The notes under the pieces are model-generated. The model worked only from the letters and a program-made list of their open reading frames with translations, did no database searches and had not been told where the DNA came from. From Clostridia bacterium (GTDB taxonomy: Bacteria; Bacillota; Clostridia; JAAYHZ01), in contig JBMNIH010000010.1 in assembly GCA_050950825.1 (NCBI GenBank), forward strand, positions 160,001 to 224,000: a stretch of DNA of 64,000 nucleotides, in the 5' to 3' direction. This document shows positions 52,173-62,885 of the stretch, piece after piece; the stretch's first letter is position 1, and every line of letters starts with the position of its first letter. Position numbers and translations under genes: made by a program.

Positions 52173-53246
52173 TTACTTGCAATCGTTTTTGTCCATGCCT
52201 CTTCGGTCCCAAGGTCTGTTTAATCCCAATCCTCTTAAATCGGCTACGATGCCCTTTTCCTCCGCATCGTACAAACGCCAGATAACCCGAAGTCCTTGGA
52301 TGCTTTCCGGCCCGTCGGTGTTAGGACGTTTTCCGGTTCTTACGCATTCGAAGAAGTGTCGATTTTCTTCGTTGGTGTTTTTACCGGTGCTATTGTCTTC
52401 AAACACCAATTCCGTTTGGTTCTTGCCGTATTGTTCTCCTCGAAGGTTATTATGAACATATATTTTTCGTGCAACCAAGTCGGCCTCGATCATGCCTTCT
52501 CTGCAGTGGGCATGAATGCTGTACCTTAATTTGGAGCCTTTGGCTCCCCATGTTCCGAAATGATACCCCATGGCACCGTTTGCAAAAGTCATCGTGACGT
52601 TGCTGGTGCCTTCCTTTTCCATCCATTCCGTTCCGTAATTGCTGCCCATGTGGACGCCGCTGACGGGATCGCCTAAGAACCAAAGCAGAAGGTCGATGTA
52701 GTGGCAGCCGTGGCTAAAAAGCTGTCCTCCTCCTAATGTGTCTTTACGGTGCATCCAGCTGCCGTCTTCTCTTCTCGTATATTGCTCGGTCCATATGGAA
52801 ATTTGGAAGCAGTCGCCCAGCTCTTTTTTGTCCAGCATTTCCTTCAGCTTCAGCACCACCGGATTGTACCGCTGGACGTAGGCGGTCATTAAGACCAAAT
52901 TTCTTCTCTGGGCGGTATGTATCAGGTCCAAGCATTCGTCTTCGGTATTGGCCAGCGGTTTTTCCATGAGAACATGCTTGCCGCTGTTTAAAAAATACAT
53001 ACCGCATTCGTAATGAAGATAATGAGGCAGCGCAATCAAGACCGCGTCCACTTTGTCTACAATATCTCTGTAATCGGTTACATAGGTATCGCAATTCAAA
53101 GCGTCGGCCATTCTTTTTGCCCGTGCGATATCGATATCCACCGTGGCGGTTACCTGAACGTCTTCCGCAAATTGATCTTTCATATTCACTTGGTGAGCGG
53201 TTGCCATTCCGCCGCATCCCACAATTCCCAAACGTATGATACTCAT
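52173..53246 (-). CDS. Gfo/Idh/MocA oxidoreductase
   Basis: GCGGMA, MEKPLA, GGG.L..HGCH.ID motifs. Confidence 0.9.
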   Translation of the reverse strand: MSIIRLGIVGCGGMATAHQVNMKDQFAEDVQVTATVDIDIARAKRMADALNCDTYVTDYRDIVDKVDAVLIALPHYLHYECGMYFLNSGKHVLMEKPLANTEDECLDLIHTAQRRNLVLMTAYVQRYNPVVLKLKEMLDKKELGDCFQISIWTEQYTRREDGSWMHRKDTLGGGQLFSHGCHYIDLLLWFLGDPVSGVHMGSNYGTEWMEKEGTSNVTMTFANGAMGYHFGTWGAKGSKLRYSIHAHCREGMIEADLVARKIYVHNNLRGEQYGKNQTELVFEDNSTGKNTNEENRHFFECVRTGKRPNTDGPESIQGLRVIWRLYDAEEKGIVADLRGLGLNRPWDRRGMDKNDCK

Positions 53247-53393
53247 TGCAAACCTCCGGAGGTTATTGTTGCTTCCATTATATACAAGTTATCGGCTCGT
53301 GTCGAACACAAAAATGCAAAACCGGCATAATTCCGGTTAGGATATGATATAATGTTTAAGCGGTAATACCTATGGATAGGGGGATATTTTCAT

Positions 53394-53975
53394 ATGCAGG
53401 ACCAAGACCAAAGCAGAATCGACTTGACATCGGATGTGAAAAAAGCCAACAAAGCTTTATTCCCCATAATGCTGCTTTTGATTGCCTTTATCTATTTTTT
53501 ATACAACAACATCAACAACTCAAACCTTTATAACGATTTAAGATCCGCCGTAGGTTCTTACGATAATACATTTTTGTTTTTGCTGATATATTTGTTATGC
53601 CTTGTGTTCCTCATTATTTTCCATGCTTATCTTCACGCTTTTTTCCTAATTATTTTCGGACACTTGAAAAAAGAAAATATTAAAGTGGTGATAGAGAATA
53701 AAAAGCTGATGCCTTTCGTAAGCCACGATGTTCCGGTTCAAGTAGCCGCTTATCGCAGGGCCTTGTTTTTGCCGTATCTTTTGTTGGGCTTGGCTCCTTT
53801 GGCTTACGGTATCATGGAGCGCTTGCCCTTGATCGTGTTTGCCGGCATGCTGATTTGCATATGCTATATGGGCGACATTCCTCTTTTGTTTAAATTGGCT
53901 AAGATCGATAAAGAATACATGGCCATATCCCATCCGGGAAAATACGGATGTTTTCTGTACAAGAAGAAAAAATAA
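53394..53975 (+). CDS. DUF3267-like membrane protein
   Basis: HxxxH (HAYLH) in TM region, GD motif, HP...G tail. Confidence 0.65.
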   Translation: MQDQDQSRIDLTSDVKKANKALFPIMLLLIAFIYFLYNNINNSNLYNDLRSAVGSYDNTFLFLLIYLLCLVFLIIFHAYLHAFFLIIFGHLKKENIKVVIENKKLMPFVSHDVPVQVAAYRRALFLPYLLLGLAPLAYGIMERLPLIVFAGMLICICYMGDIPLLFKLAKIDKEYMAISHPGKYGCFLYKKKK

Positions 53976-54055
53976 CTCGTTATTTACTACCGTTTACAAT
54001 ATTTTTGTGCAGTGTGATATAATAAGGCATACTGTTGATGATAGGAGGAATACAG

Positions 54056-54874
54056 ATGCAGTCATTTGCCGATAAACTAAAGATTTTTAAAGAAAATAAA
54101 GTCGTGAACTGGCACGAGCATGTTTGGGCGGATGCAAAGGGCAATCTCAATGTTGCCGATGCGGACAGGCTGGTAGAAGGTGCCAAAAAAGCAGGCTTCG
54201 ATGTTCTGGTATGTTCTCTTCCCGTTACTCGAGGCAATCCGGCTCCGGAAATGTGCAAAAGGTATAACGACCTTGTTTATGAAGCCATGAATCGATATCC
54301 CGGTATCATTCAAGGTATGTGCTATGTCAATCCCGGATACGCCAAGGAGGCTGTCAAGGAAATCGACCGTTGTATCAACGAATTGGGTATGATCGGCGTT
54401 AAGCTTTACAATCAATATTACCTTTCCGATCCTGCGGTACATAGCGTGATTGAAAAATGTATCGAATTGGATATCCCGATTTTGGAGCATGCCGGTAAAA
54501 TGCACCCCCGTTCGGAAGACCAACCGTTTATATCCGACGGAACCCACTTTGCCATGGCGGCGGAAAAGTTCCCCGAAGCCCTGTTCATATACGCCCATAT
54601 CGGCGGAGGCGGGGACTATCATTGGTCCTTGAAAGCCATAGCCGATTATCCGAACATTTTCTTGGATATTAGCGGAAGTATTTATGACGAGGACATAATC
54701 GAAGAAACCGTTCGTAAAATCGGTGTGGAACGGGTTATGTTCGGTACCGACGGTTCTTTCAGTTCCTCGATGGGGAAATTGTTAGGCTGCAAATTAAGCG
54801 AAGCCGAAAAGATCGCCATACTAAACAACAAGACCATGGAAAGGTACTTGGAGAGGGGGATGAAGAGATGTTAA
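54056..54874 (+). CDS. amidohydrolase family protein (ligands intact)
   Basis: WHEH, EHAG, AHIGG, FGTD. Confidence 0.87.
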   Translation: MQSFADKLKIFKENKVVNWHEHVWADAKGNLNVADADRLVEGAKKAGFDVLVCSLPVTRGNPAPEMCKRYNDLVYEAMNRYPGIIQGMCYVNPGYAKEAVKEIDRCINELGMIGVKLYNQYYLSDPAVHSVIEKCIELDIPILEHAGKMHPRSEDQPFISDGTHFAMAAEKFPEALFIYAHIGGGGDYHWSLKAIADYPNIFLDISGSIYDEDIIEETVRKIGVERVMFGTDGSFSSSMGKLLGCKLSEAEKIAILNNKTMERYLERGMKRC

Positions 54875-55647
54875 TCGATATGTGCGGATATTTGGGCCAT
54901 TGGCCGTTTCGAAAAATCAACAACAACGATGTCGAAAGCTTTGTAAAAGTGATGGATGATTACAAAATCAATCTTTCGGTGGTCTCCTCGTTAAACGCCG
55001 TATTCTACAAAGACACCATGCAGGGCAATGAAGAAATCGCCGAAGAAATCAAACCCTATTCCGATCGTTTGGTCGCTTTTTGCGTGATTAATCCTGCGTA
55101 CCCCGCTTGGGAAAAGGATTTCAGAACCTGTATTGAAAAGTTAGGTATGAAGGGTCTCATGATGTACCCCTATTATCATCCTTACCGATTAACGGAAGCC
55201 AATGCCATCCGTTTGGCTAACCTGGCCGGGGAAGCGGGAATTCCGGTTCATATCCCGGTATCCATCATTAACGTAAGGCAAAGGCACTGGCTGGATACCA
55301 CGGAGATTTTAAACACCTCCGACTTTATTGCTTTAATAAAGAATGCTCCGAACACGGACTTTATCGTATCCAACGGAGCTACCGACGCCATTGCGGCCGC
55401 CGCTAAAGACGCGGATTCCAAGAGAAAAGGGAAGGTCTATTACGACTTCCAGCGTGTCGAAGTATTCCTGCCTTCTTTTGAAAGATTGTTAGCTACCGTC
55501 GGACCGGAGCAGATCGTATTGGGAACGGGAAATCCGTTGCAGTATTTGGATACCCAGTTCGTCAAGCTCCATTATATGGATGTATCCGACGAGGTAAAAG
55601 ACTTGATTACGTACAAAAATGCCGCTCGATTGTTAAAGCTTGCATAA
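54868..55647 (+). CDS. amidohydrolase-like protein lacking canonical ligands
   Basis: DMCGYLGHWPF, INP, YP.YH; LGTG instead of GxD. Confidence 0.78.
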   Translation: MLIDMCGYLGHWPFRKINNNDVESFVKVMDDYKINLSVVSSLNAVFYKDTMQGNEEIAEEIKPYSDRLVAFCVINPAYPAWEKDFRTCIEKLGMKGLMMYPYYHPYRLTEANAIRLANLAGEAGIPVHIPVSIINVRQRHWLDTTEILNTSDFIALIKNAPNTDFIVSNGATDAIAAAAKDADSKRKGKVYYDFQRVEVFLPSFERLLATVGPEQIVLGTGNPLQYLDTQFVKLHYMDVSDEVKDLITYKNAARLLKLA

Positions 55648-55659
55648 ACGATTCCTATC

Positions 55660-55696
55660 GGCCCGATGATACGCTTTTTGCGATGATCGGGCCTTT
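55660..55696 (+). terminator. hairpin between the two amidohydrolase pairs
   Basis: GGCCCGAT/ATCGGGCC plus TTT. Confidence 0.45.
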
Positions 55697-55721
55697 GTCG
55701 TTACAAGGAGGCGATACAAAA

Positions 55722-56471
55722 GTGATTATCGATTGTCATTGGCATGTTCTCTTCGACGATTATGAAAGGGTTATTCAAACAAGCATAAACGAATTGAAAA
55801 GATGCGGAATGGACCGCTGCGCGCTGATGTTCCATTTGGATCTTTATCAAAAGGAAGGCGATCTTCACAGGCAAGGGGAAGCTTTGAAAAAAGTGTTAAA
55901 GGACCGGAAAGAGTACTTTGTTCCTTTTTTGACCGTGGACCCTAACGTGGATTTCGGAATTGTTAAAGAAGGGGTGGAAGAATACGTGGTCAAAGGTCCC
56001 GCCGTGGCGGTAAAGGTCCATCATTCCATGAAGGCGGACCGTAAAGAATTCGAGCCCTTGGCAAATCTTCTTTCCATGCACGGGATTCCCGTATTGATTC
56101 ACTGCTGGTACAAAACGGTACAAAAATACGAAAACGAATCGGATCCTTCGAATATCGCAAATCTTGCGGCCAAATTTCCGGATTTGAAAATCATTATGGC
56201 TCACATAACGGGCTGCGGCTTCCGAGGGATTCAGGACATTGCTCCGTATCCGAACGTCTATGTGGATACCTCCGGATCACAGCCGGAGGACGGCATTATG
56301 CAGTACGGGCTGGATTTGTTAGGAGCCGATCGAATCTTATTCGGTTCGGATTTCCCGGGAAGAGATCCGGCTACGCAGTTAGGCCGTATTTATTCTTTGG
56401 ATATGTCGGAAGAAGACCGTAACAAGATTTTAGGCGGTAACTCCGTCCGGTTGTTTGGAGGTGCATTTTAA
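55722..56471 (+). CDS. amidohydrolase family protein (ligands intact)
   Basis: DCHWH, IHCW, AHITG, FGSD. Confidence 0.87.
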   Translation: MIIDCHWHVLFDDYERVIQTSINELKRCGMDRCALMFHLDLYQKEGDLHRQGEALKKVLKDRKEYFVPFLTVDPNVDFGIVKEGVEEYVVKGPAVAVKVHHSMKADRKEFEPLANLLSMHGIPVLIHCWYKTVQKYENESDPSNIANLAAKFPDLKIIMAHITGCGFRGIQDIAPYPNVYVDTSGSQPEDGIMQYGLDLLGADRILFGSDFPGRDPATQLGRIYSLDMSEEDRNKILGGNSVRLFGGAF

Positions 56472-57235
56472 TGATGAAGTTGAATCTTTGCGGGCTATAT
56501 GACGCTTCCGCTTGGGTAGGAAATTGGCCTTTTGTTCCTTTAAGATACAACACACAGGATGCATTGAAAAAGAAGCTCTCCGAACAGGGAATTTGCAAGG
56601 CTATTTTATCGTCTTTGGATGCCGTATTTTCTCAAGATCCGACGCTCTGCGCACAAGAAATCCTCCGGGCCGACCGCGAATTTTTCATACCGGCGCCCGT
56701 TACGGACCTGAGTCGTGCGAATTGGAATGAATGCATTTCTTGGATGGACCGAAACGACGTGAAGATCATCAAGCTTCTTCCGAATTACCATATGTATTCT
56801 CTTGAGGAGCAAATCGACAAATTGGTAGAAGAGACCGTAAAGAGGGACGCGGTGATATCCGTACAAGTGAGAATGCAGGACGCAAGGGGACAATACCCTC
56901 TTCTTCAGGTCAAGGATGTGGACGTCAAAGAGCTTGAACGGGTCGTGAAAAAATACCCGGATCAAAAATTCTTGTTAAACGGTATGTACATGGGTGAAAT
57001 CAGGCCCTTTGCGAATATGGACAATGTCCGCATCGAAACCTCGGCCCTAGAGCTGAATGACGTTTTTCGGTCTTTGACGGAAGGATATCCGCAGGATCGC
57101 TTCGTATTCGGTACCCATACGCCTTTGTTTTTCCCGGAAGGCAACCTGTTCAAGCTGGGATACGCAAGCATATCGGATCAAGAGAAAAATAGGATCGGTC
57201 GGGAAAATTTAAGCCGATTTCTTGGGATCGAGTAG
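56471..57235 (+). CDS. amidohydrolase-like protein lacking canonical ligands
   Basis: DASAWVGNWPF, LPNYH; FGTH instead of GxD. Confidence 0.78.
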   Translation: MMKLNLCGLYDASAWVGNWPFVPLRYNTQDALKKKLSEQGICKAILSSLDAVFSQDPTLCAQEILRADREFFIPAPVTDLSRANWNECISWMDRNDVKIIKLLPNYHMYSLEEQIDKLVEETVKRDAVISVQVRMQDARGQYPLLQVKDVDVKELERVVKKYPDQKFLLNGMYMGEIRPFANMDNVRIETSALELNDVFRSLTEGYPQDRFVFGTHTPLFFPEGNLFKLGYASISDQEKNRIGRENLSRFLGIE

Positions 57236-57262
57236 AACCGTTTCAAATTTTTCGGCCGATTG

Positions 57263-58063
57263 CTATTGATAGATTTTGATCTTGACCCGCAGTCGGCCTT
57301 TTCTTGTTTCGCCCATGATTTCGGATATTTCCGCCTTGCCATAGCCTCGTAAAGATAAAAGAGTGTTTTCGGGTATTTTCTTGGAAATATCCGTTGTTTC
57401 TTTGTAGTTGACAAAAGCCCTTCCGCTTTTGATCAACTCCGCCGCTTCGGAACGGGAAAGATGAAAAGCGGCGCCGACAATACAGTCCAACCGCAGCGAG
57501 GATACGCTTTCCGTAAGCTCCTTGAAGCTTTCTTCGGGAACGATGATGTTGTCGAAGGATTCCGGTCGTGTATTTACCGAATATTTCCCGACCTTTGTCA
57601 AGGATTGATGAATGGTTTCCGTTACGCTTTTTTTCCCTACGATCATACAGCCCTTCGGATTTAACAACAGGTCGCCGAAAAACTCTCTTTTTATGCCTAA
57701 ATTCATAACGGCGCCCAAATAGTCTCGGTGGGTTAAAGAATCGGCGCCTGTAACGGGGATGATGGAAACGAGTGAAAACATCCGGTCAATCTCGGCCGAT
57801 TCTTCGGAGAAATCCTCCGGCATGATAACGAAGGATTTTCGGTCCGCCTTTTCATAGCCGCCGAATTCGAAATATTTCACGTCCTTTATTTGAAACAACA
57901 GGTCTTTTACTACGGCTCTTTTAAAGGGATCCAAAAAATCGGTGCAAACATAGGTCCATGTTTTTGCCGCCGTTTGCGCCTTGTCCAAGACCTTTAAATA
58001 GGTGATGCGATCCTCGTCTTTGTATGTTAAGCTTACTTTTTCTCTTAATGTCCGGATGTCCAT
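57263..58063 (-). CDS. ylmH: YlmH/Sll1252 S4 RNA-binding protein
   Basis: TDFLDP, GGY..A.R, HRDYLGA, SLRLD, RGYGK motifs. Confidence 0.88.
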   Translation of the reverse strand: MDIRTLREKVSLTYKDEDRITYLKVLDKAQTAAKTWTYVCTDFLDPFKRAVVKDLLFQIKDVKYFEFGGYEKADRKSFVIMPEDFSEESAEIDRMFSLVSIIPVTGADSLTHRDYLGAVMNLGIKREFFGDLLLNPKGCMIVGKKSVTETIHQSLTKVGKYSVNTRPESFDNIIVPEESFKELTESVSSLRLDCIVGAAFHLSRSEAAELIKSGRAFVNYKETTDISKKIPENTLLSLRGYGKAEISEIMGETRKGRLRVKIKIYQ

Positions 58064-58572
58064 TAGCTGTTCTCGGTCTCTTTGATGGGCTTTGAAAATA
58101 GAACGTTGTTAATGTATTCTAAAAACAGCTCCACGTCGGAGATTACGAAGCCTTTTACGGTAGAGTCGGTCATAAAAAGCTTCAAACCTGCAATGTTGCG
58201 AAACAAGGTTCCGTATGTGGCGTGTTTGATGTTTGTAAAAAGAATATCTTCTCGATGCAGCTCTTTTTTAATAAAAAACAAAAAGATGAGTCGGTCCTTC
58301 GTCAAGTAAAGCAGACCGTCCCTTATATACCGGTCGGAATAGTAGTTGGCAATATCTTTATGAATAATGTCTTGGTCAATGGTTTGGTCTAAGTTCCTGT
58401 ATTTTTTAAAGCTGATATCGGAAACCAGGCTTGTAATCAACGTAAACAGAGCAGCTGCCAAAATGCCGACGGCGAGTGCCCGACTTGGAGGTATGAAAAA
58501 TACGGCTATTGCAAAAACAACAAATCCGAAAAAAATACCTGCGGTTACAGCTGTTCTTCTAAATTTGTCCAT
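58063..58572 (-). CDS. hypothetical membrane protein (2 TM plus PH/GRAM-like domain)
   Basis: N-terminal TM helices, G.LYLT.DRLIF; RBS present, coupled to ylmH. Confidence 0.6.
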   Translation of the reverse strand: MDKFRRTAVTAGIFFGFVVFAIAVFFIPPSRALAVGILAAALFTLITSLVSDISFKKYRNLDQTIDQDIIHKDIANYYSDRYIRDGLLYLTKDRLIFLFFIKKELHREDILFTNIKHATYGTLFRNIAGLKLFMTDSTVKGFVISDVELFLEYINNVLFSKPIKETENS

Positions 58573-58771
58573 AAAAAACTCCCTTGCTGAAATTGTGGCA
58601 CACTTATTTTAACACATCTTAAGAATTCGTCAAAACCATGAACGGTTATAAAAGATAATAAAAATATTTCTTGATTTTCACCCGGAATATTGTATAATCA
58701 GAAAATGTTTTTTGTGATAATTTTTGACGGCTGTTCATGATACGGCTGTTTTCATATACGGAGGGTTCTAT

Positions 58772-60589
58772 TTGAAAAACGAAAAAATTAGAAACGTTGC
58801 CATCATAGCCCATGTCGACCATGGGAAAACCACGTTGGTTGACTGCATGCTGAAGCAAAGCGGTTTGTTTCGAAAAAACCAAGCGGTAACCGAAAGAATG
58901 CTGGACTCCAACGATATCGAAAGAGAAAGAGGCATTACGATTTTAGCCAAAAATACCGCCATTGAATACAAAGGCGTTAAAATCAATATTGTGGATACCC
59001 CGGGCCATGCGGACTTCGGCGGCGAGGTGGAACGAATTTTGAAGATGGTGGACGGCGTACTGCTTTTGGTAGACGCCTTTGAAGGCCCTATGCCCCAAAC
59101 TCGATTTGTGCTGCGAAAAGCATTGGGTATGGGTTTAAAAACCATCGTGGTGATTAACAAAATCGATCGGCCGGATGCTCGATGCAGCCAAGTGGCCGAT
59201 GAAATATTGGATTTGTTCATTGATTTGGATGCACCTTCGGATCTTTTGGAGTATCCTTTGGTTTATGCATCGTCCCGAGACGGGTATGCGGTTTTGTCCT
59301 TAGAGGATCCGAAAGAAAACATTCTTCCTTTGCTTGATGTTATCTTAAAAGAAATACCGGCTCCGGAAGGAAATTCGGAGGAGCCCTTGCAGATGCTCAT
59401 TTCCAGCATCGACTATGACGTTTACACCGGAAGAATCGGCATCGGGAAAATACAAAGAGGAAAAGCGCTCATTAACGGGAACTATACCTTATGCAACTTA
59501 TCCGGCAAAAGGGAAGAAATGAAAATCAGCGCCATGTACAGTTTCAAAGGGTTAAATCGAATTCCTTGCGAAGAAGCCTACGCCGGAGACATCATTGCCA
59601 TATCCGGTGTGGAAGGGATCGGCATCGGAGATACCATATGCGATCCGGATGTACCGGAGCCCTTGGAATTTGTGAAAATCGACGAGCCTTCCATTTCCAT
59701 GATGTTCACGGTGAACGACAGTCCTTTTGCAGGCTTAGAAGGCGAATACGTCACGTCAAGGCATTTAAGAAGAAGGCTGTTCCGAGAACAGGAAAAAGAC
59801 GTATCTCTTCGGGTTGCCGAAACCGATTCGGCGGATACGTTTCAAGTATTCGGAAGAGGAGAGCTTCATTTGTCGGTTTTAATCGAGACCATGCGAAGAG
59901 AAGGATACGAGTTTCAAGTGTCCAAGCCCTTTGCCGTTATTAAAGAAACACCGGAAGGTAAAATGGAGCCTTTTGAAATGGTATTTATTGAAGTACCGGA
60001 TTCTTTTGTGGGAACGGTTATCGAAAAATTGGGATCCCGAAAGGGAGAGCTGGTTACCATGGAGGGAGGAGGCTCCGAAGGCTTTACCAGGCTTCAATTT
60101 ATCATACCGGCTCGAGGATTGTTAGGGTATCGACAGGAATTTTTGACCGATACGCGGGGGTTAGGCGTTATGTATTCTTCTTTTCATGAATACGCTCCCT
60201 ACAAAGGCGAGATTCCCACAAGAACCCGAGGTTCTTTGGTGGCCTGTGAAACCGGAACCGCCGTAACCTTCGGCTTGTTCAACGCCCAACAGAGGGGCCA
60301 GCTGATTATCGGACCCGGTACGGAGGTTTACGAAGGAATGGTGGTAGGCATCAACTCGCGAAGCGACGACATTGCGGTAAACGTTTGCAAAAAGAAGCAT
60401 TTGACTTCCATTCGAAACGTGCAATCGGAGGATCCCTTGCGTTTGGTTACTCCCGTTGATATGACATTGGAGCAAGCCATCGAATTTATAAAAGAGGACG
60501 AGCTGATCGAGGTGACACCGAAGAATTTCAGGATACGTAAAAAAATACTGGATAAAGTGATGCGGGAACGAATGGCAAGAAGAGGATAA
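58772..60589 (+). CDS. typA: translational GTPase TypA/BipA
   Basis: [34 protein letters not shown] motifs. Confidence 0.96.
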   Translation: MKNEKIRNVAIIAHVDHGKTTLVDCMLKQSGLFRKNQAVTERMLDSNDIERERGITILAKNTAIEYKGVKINIVDTPGHADFGGEVERILKMVDGVLLLVDAFEGPMPQTRFVLRKALGMGLKTIVVINKIDRPDARCSQVADEILDLFIDLDAPSDLLEYPLVYASSRDGYAVLSLEDPKENILPLLDVILKEIPAPEGNSEEPLQMLISSIDYDVYTGRIGIGKIQRGKALINGNYTLCNLSGKREEMKISAMYSFKGLNRIPCEEAYAGDIIAISGVEGIGIGDTICDPDVPEPLEFVKIDEPSISMMFTVNDSPFAGLEGEYVTSRHLRRRLFREQEKDVSLRVAETDSADTFQVFGRGELHLSVLIETMRREGYEFQVSKPFAVIKETPEGKMEPFEMVFIEVPDSFVGTVIEKLGSRKGELVTMEGGGSEGFTRLQFIIPARGLLGYRQEFLTDTRGLGVMYSSFHEYAPYKGEIPTRTRGSLVACETGTAVTFGLFNAQQRGQLIIGPGTEVYEGMVVGINSRSDDIAVNVCKKKHLTSIRNVQSEDPLRLVTPVDMTLEQAIEFIKEDELIEVTPKNFRIRKKILDKVMRERMARRG

Positions 60590-60599
60590 ATAAAGGGGC

Positions 60600-61910
60600 T
60601 TACAAGGCCCCTTCGCTTTTTATTGCTCCGAAAATTTTATCGTAGTAATCGGTCGTTTGCCCTTTTAACACGGACAGCGCTTTTATTGCTTTTTGGCTTC
60701 CGCGAAGAGCGTATTCCATAAGAATTCCTTCTTCCTTGCATAAATCGTCGTGAAGAGGAATGACTTCTCTTAACAAATACATGGTGTATTTCACAAGTCT
60801 TAAAGGACCGTATACGAAAGGCGCCGAGCCTCTAATCGGCATCACCACGACGGAATTCAATTTCTTGATATTATCAAACAGAGAATTTTCTTCGCAGCTT
60901 TCGGCAAAAACGACGGTGTGGAAGGTGCCGAAGAAGGTATGGTTAATTATGCCGTGAGCATCGGTGCCGGACACCAAAGGAATTTTGTATTGCTTGTACA
61001 GATCGTGATACAAGGCCAGCTGAATGGCGTTGATGTCCAAATAGTCTCCGTTAAAAAGCTCGAAGGCGTCGAAAATACCGGTTTTCAAAAAGGCTTCCGT
61101 CAAGGGAGTGGACACATTGTAACGGTCTCCCGCCGCCCAATAGGGATGGGCAAAGATGCAGATGCCTCCTTCCTGTCGTACTTTTTCGATGACGTAGAGG
61201 CAGGAAGCGTATTCGTATCTTTCTTTTTCCGTTTCCAAAAAATCAACGGACCGGCTTTTTTCTTTAATGAAGGAAACGTACTCTTCTTCGCTTCCGTAAT
61301 ATTTCTTTACCGTGTCCTTGTTCCCGAAGCCTACCATGTGGGTGCTTGTTCGAGGCGGATGGATTTCTTCTCCTCGGAATATTTTCAAATCGATATCCAT
61401 ACCGGCGAATGCTTCTTGGGCTTCGACGGAGGGGCTGTATTCCCGATGGTCGGTAATGGCCATAAAATCAAGCCCGACTTTTCGGCAGGCTGCGGCTATA
61501 TACCCGGGCGTGTTTCTCCCGTCGGAGTAATGGCTGTGAAGATGGAAATCCCCTTTGTAGGGTCTTAAGGAATAAAGATCTTGATCGACGCAATAAAGAT
61601 GGAAAACGGCGATCGTATCTTGAAAATCGTTGTCTTCACAAGACAAAAGCAGCCGGTATTCTTGCTCGTGATCAAAAACAAAGGAGCAGGTCAGCGTCTG
61701 ATTGATGCATTTTGCCATCCGGTACGGCCGCTTTTCCTTATCGTAGGTATCGATTTCCATCGGTGCCGCCGTAATTTTATACATTCCGCCTTCCAAAAGA
61801 GGTGTCCCGAACAGGGATTTAATGCGAATGGTCGTATTTTCATTTTTTAATACGACCTTCGGATAGACGTCAAAAATTAAAGCCGTGTTTTCATAAACTC
61901 GTGGTGCCAT
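60600..61910 (-). CDS. PHP-domain metallohydrolase
   Basis: HLHS.YSDG, TDH, AHP, TDAH motifs. Confidence 0.8.
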   Translation of the reverse strand: MAPRVYENTALIFDVYPKVVLKNENTTIRIKSLFGTPLLEGGMYKITAAPMEIDTYDKEKRPYRMAKCINQTLTCSFVFDHEQEYRLLLSCEDNDFQDTIAVFHLYCVDQDLYSLRPYKGDFHLHSHYSDGRNTPGYIAAACRKVGLDFMAITDHREYSPSVEAQEAFAGMDIDLKIFRGEEIHPPRTSTHMVGFGNKDTVKKYYGSEEEYVSFIKEKSRSVDFLETEKERYEYASCLYVIEKVRQEGGICIFAHPYWAAGDRYNVSTPLTEAFLKTGIFDAFELFNGDYLDINAIQLALYHDLYKQYKIPLVSGTDAHGIINHTFFGTFHTVVFAESCEENSLFDNIKKLNSVVVMPIRGSAPFVYGPLRLVKYTMYLLREVIPLHDDLCKEEGILMEYALRGSQKAIKALSVLKGQTTDYYDKIFGAIKSEGAL

Positions 61911-61951
61911 GACAATTCCTTTCCGTAATTTTATTATATTCGTTTAAAATA

Positions 61952-62713
61952 TTAATCTCCGCCTAAGAAGCCTCGCAGCAAGGGGCCTCCCATGCCGGAT
62001 TCTCCGCGGTTTCTGTCGGACCCTAGGCCTGTCGCCGATACGATTCTTTGTGCAAGTCGAGACAAAGGCAACGTTTGTAAGTATACCGTCCCCGGCCCAT
62101 CCAAGGTGGCAAGGAAGAGGCCCTCGCCTCCGAACAAAACGTTTTTGAATCCGCCCACAAATTGAATATCGTAATGCACGGAGGGCTCGAAGCCCACGAT
62201 ACATCCGGTATCGATGCGGAGTCTTTCGCCGCTCGAAAGATCTTTACGGACAACGGTGCCGCCGGCATGGATAAAGGAAAGGCCGGATCCGGTAAGCTTC
62301 TGCAGGATAAAGCCTTCGCCGCCGAAAAAGCCGGCTCCCAATCTTTTTGTAAAGGCGATATTAATATCGATATTGTCGGAAGCACATAAAAAAGAATCCT
62401 TCTGGCATAGAAACGAACCGCCGTACAAGTCCAGGTCGATGGGGATGATTTTGCCGGGATATGCGGCGGCAAATGCAACTTGGCTGTTTTTGCCGCTTGT
62501 ATTGGAGAAGGTGGTAATGAAAAAGCTTTCTCCGGTTAACATCCTTTTGAAGCCTTTTAATAGTCCGCCTCCCGTGCCGGTTTGCATTACAATACCGTCA
62601 GCCATATACATCATGGCTCCTACTTCCGCTCTCACCGTCCCGCCGGGGAACAAATCGATTTCCACCATTTGCAAATCGTCCCCGTATATTCGGTACTTCA
62701 AACTCTCTGACAT
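61952..62713 (-). CDS. TIGR00266/AIM24 family protein
   Basis: AE.GAM, GESFF, GGEGF/GGEGLF motifs. Confidence 0.88.
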   Translation of the reverse strand: MSESLKYRIYGDDLQMVEIDLFPGGTVRAEVGAMMYMADGIVMQTGTGGGLLKGFKRMLTGESFFITTFSNTSGKNSQVAFAAAYPGKIIPIDLDLYGGSFLCQKDSFLCASDNIDINIAFTKRLGAGFFGGEGFILQKLTGSGLSFIHAGGTVVRKDLSSGERLRIDTGCIVGFEPSVHYDIQFVGGFKNVLFGGEGLFLATLDGPGTVYLQTLPLSRLAQRIVSATGLGSDRNRGESGMGGPLLRGFLGGD

Positions 62714-62826
62714 AGTATCCTCCGAAAGACTTTTCGCTTTGATCCATTATACCACACCGAGAAAAGGACACAAAACTATCTTTTTCGGTTATTTCCGAAA
62801 TTTATCAAATATACTGAAAAATTAGA

Positions 62827-62855
62827 TTGACAAGCATTAACTTTGCCGGTACAAT
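62827..62855 (+). promoter_or_regulatory. veg promoter
   Basis: TTGACA-N17-TACAAT. Confidence 0.85.
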
Positions 62856-62885
62856 AAAGAAAACACAGGGGGAAGGTGAATACTT

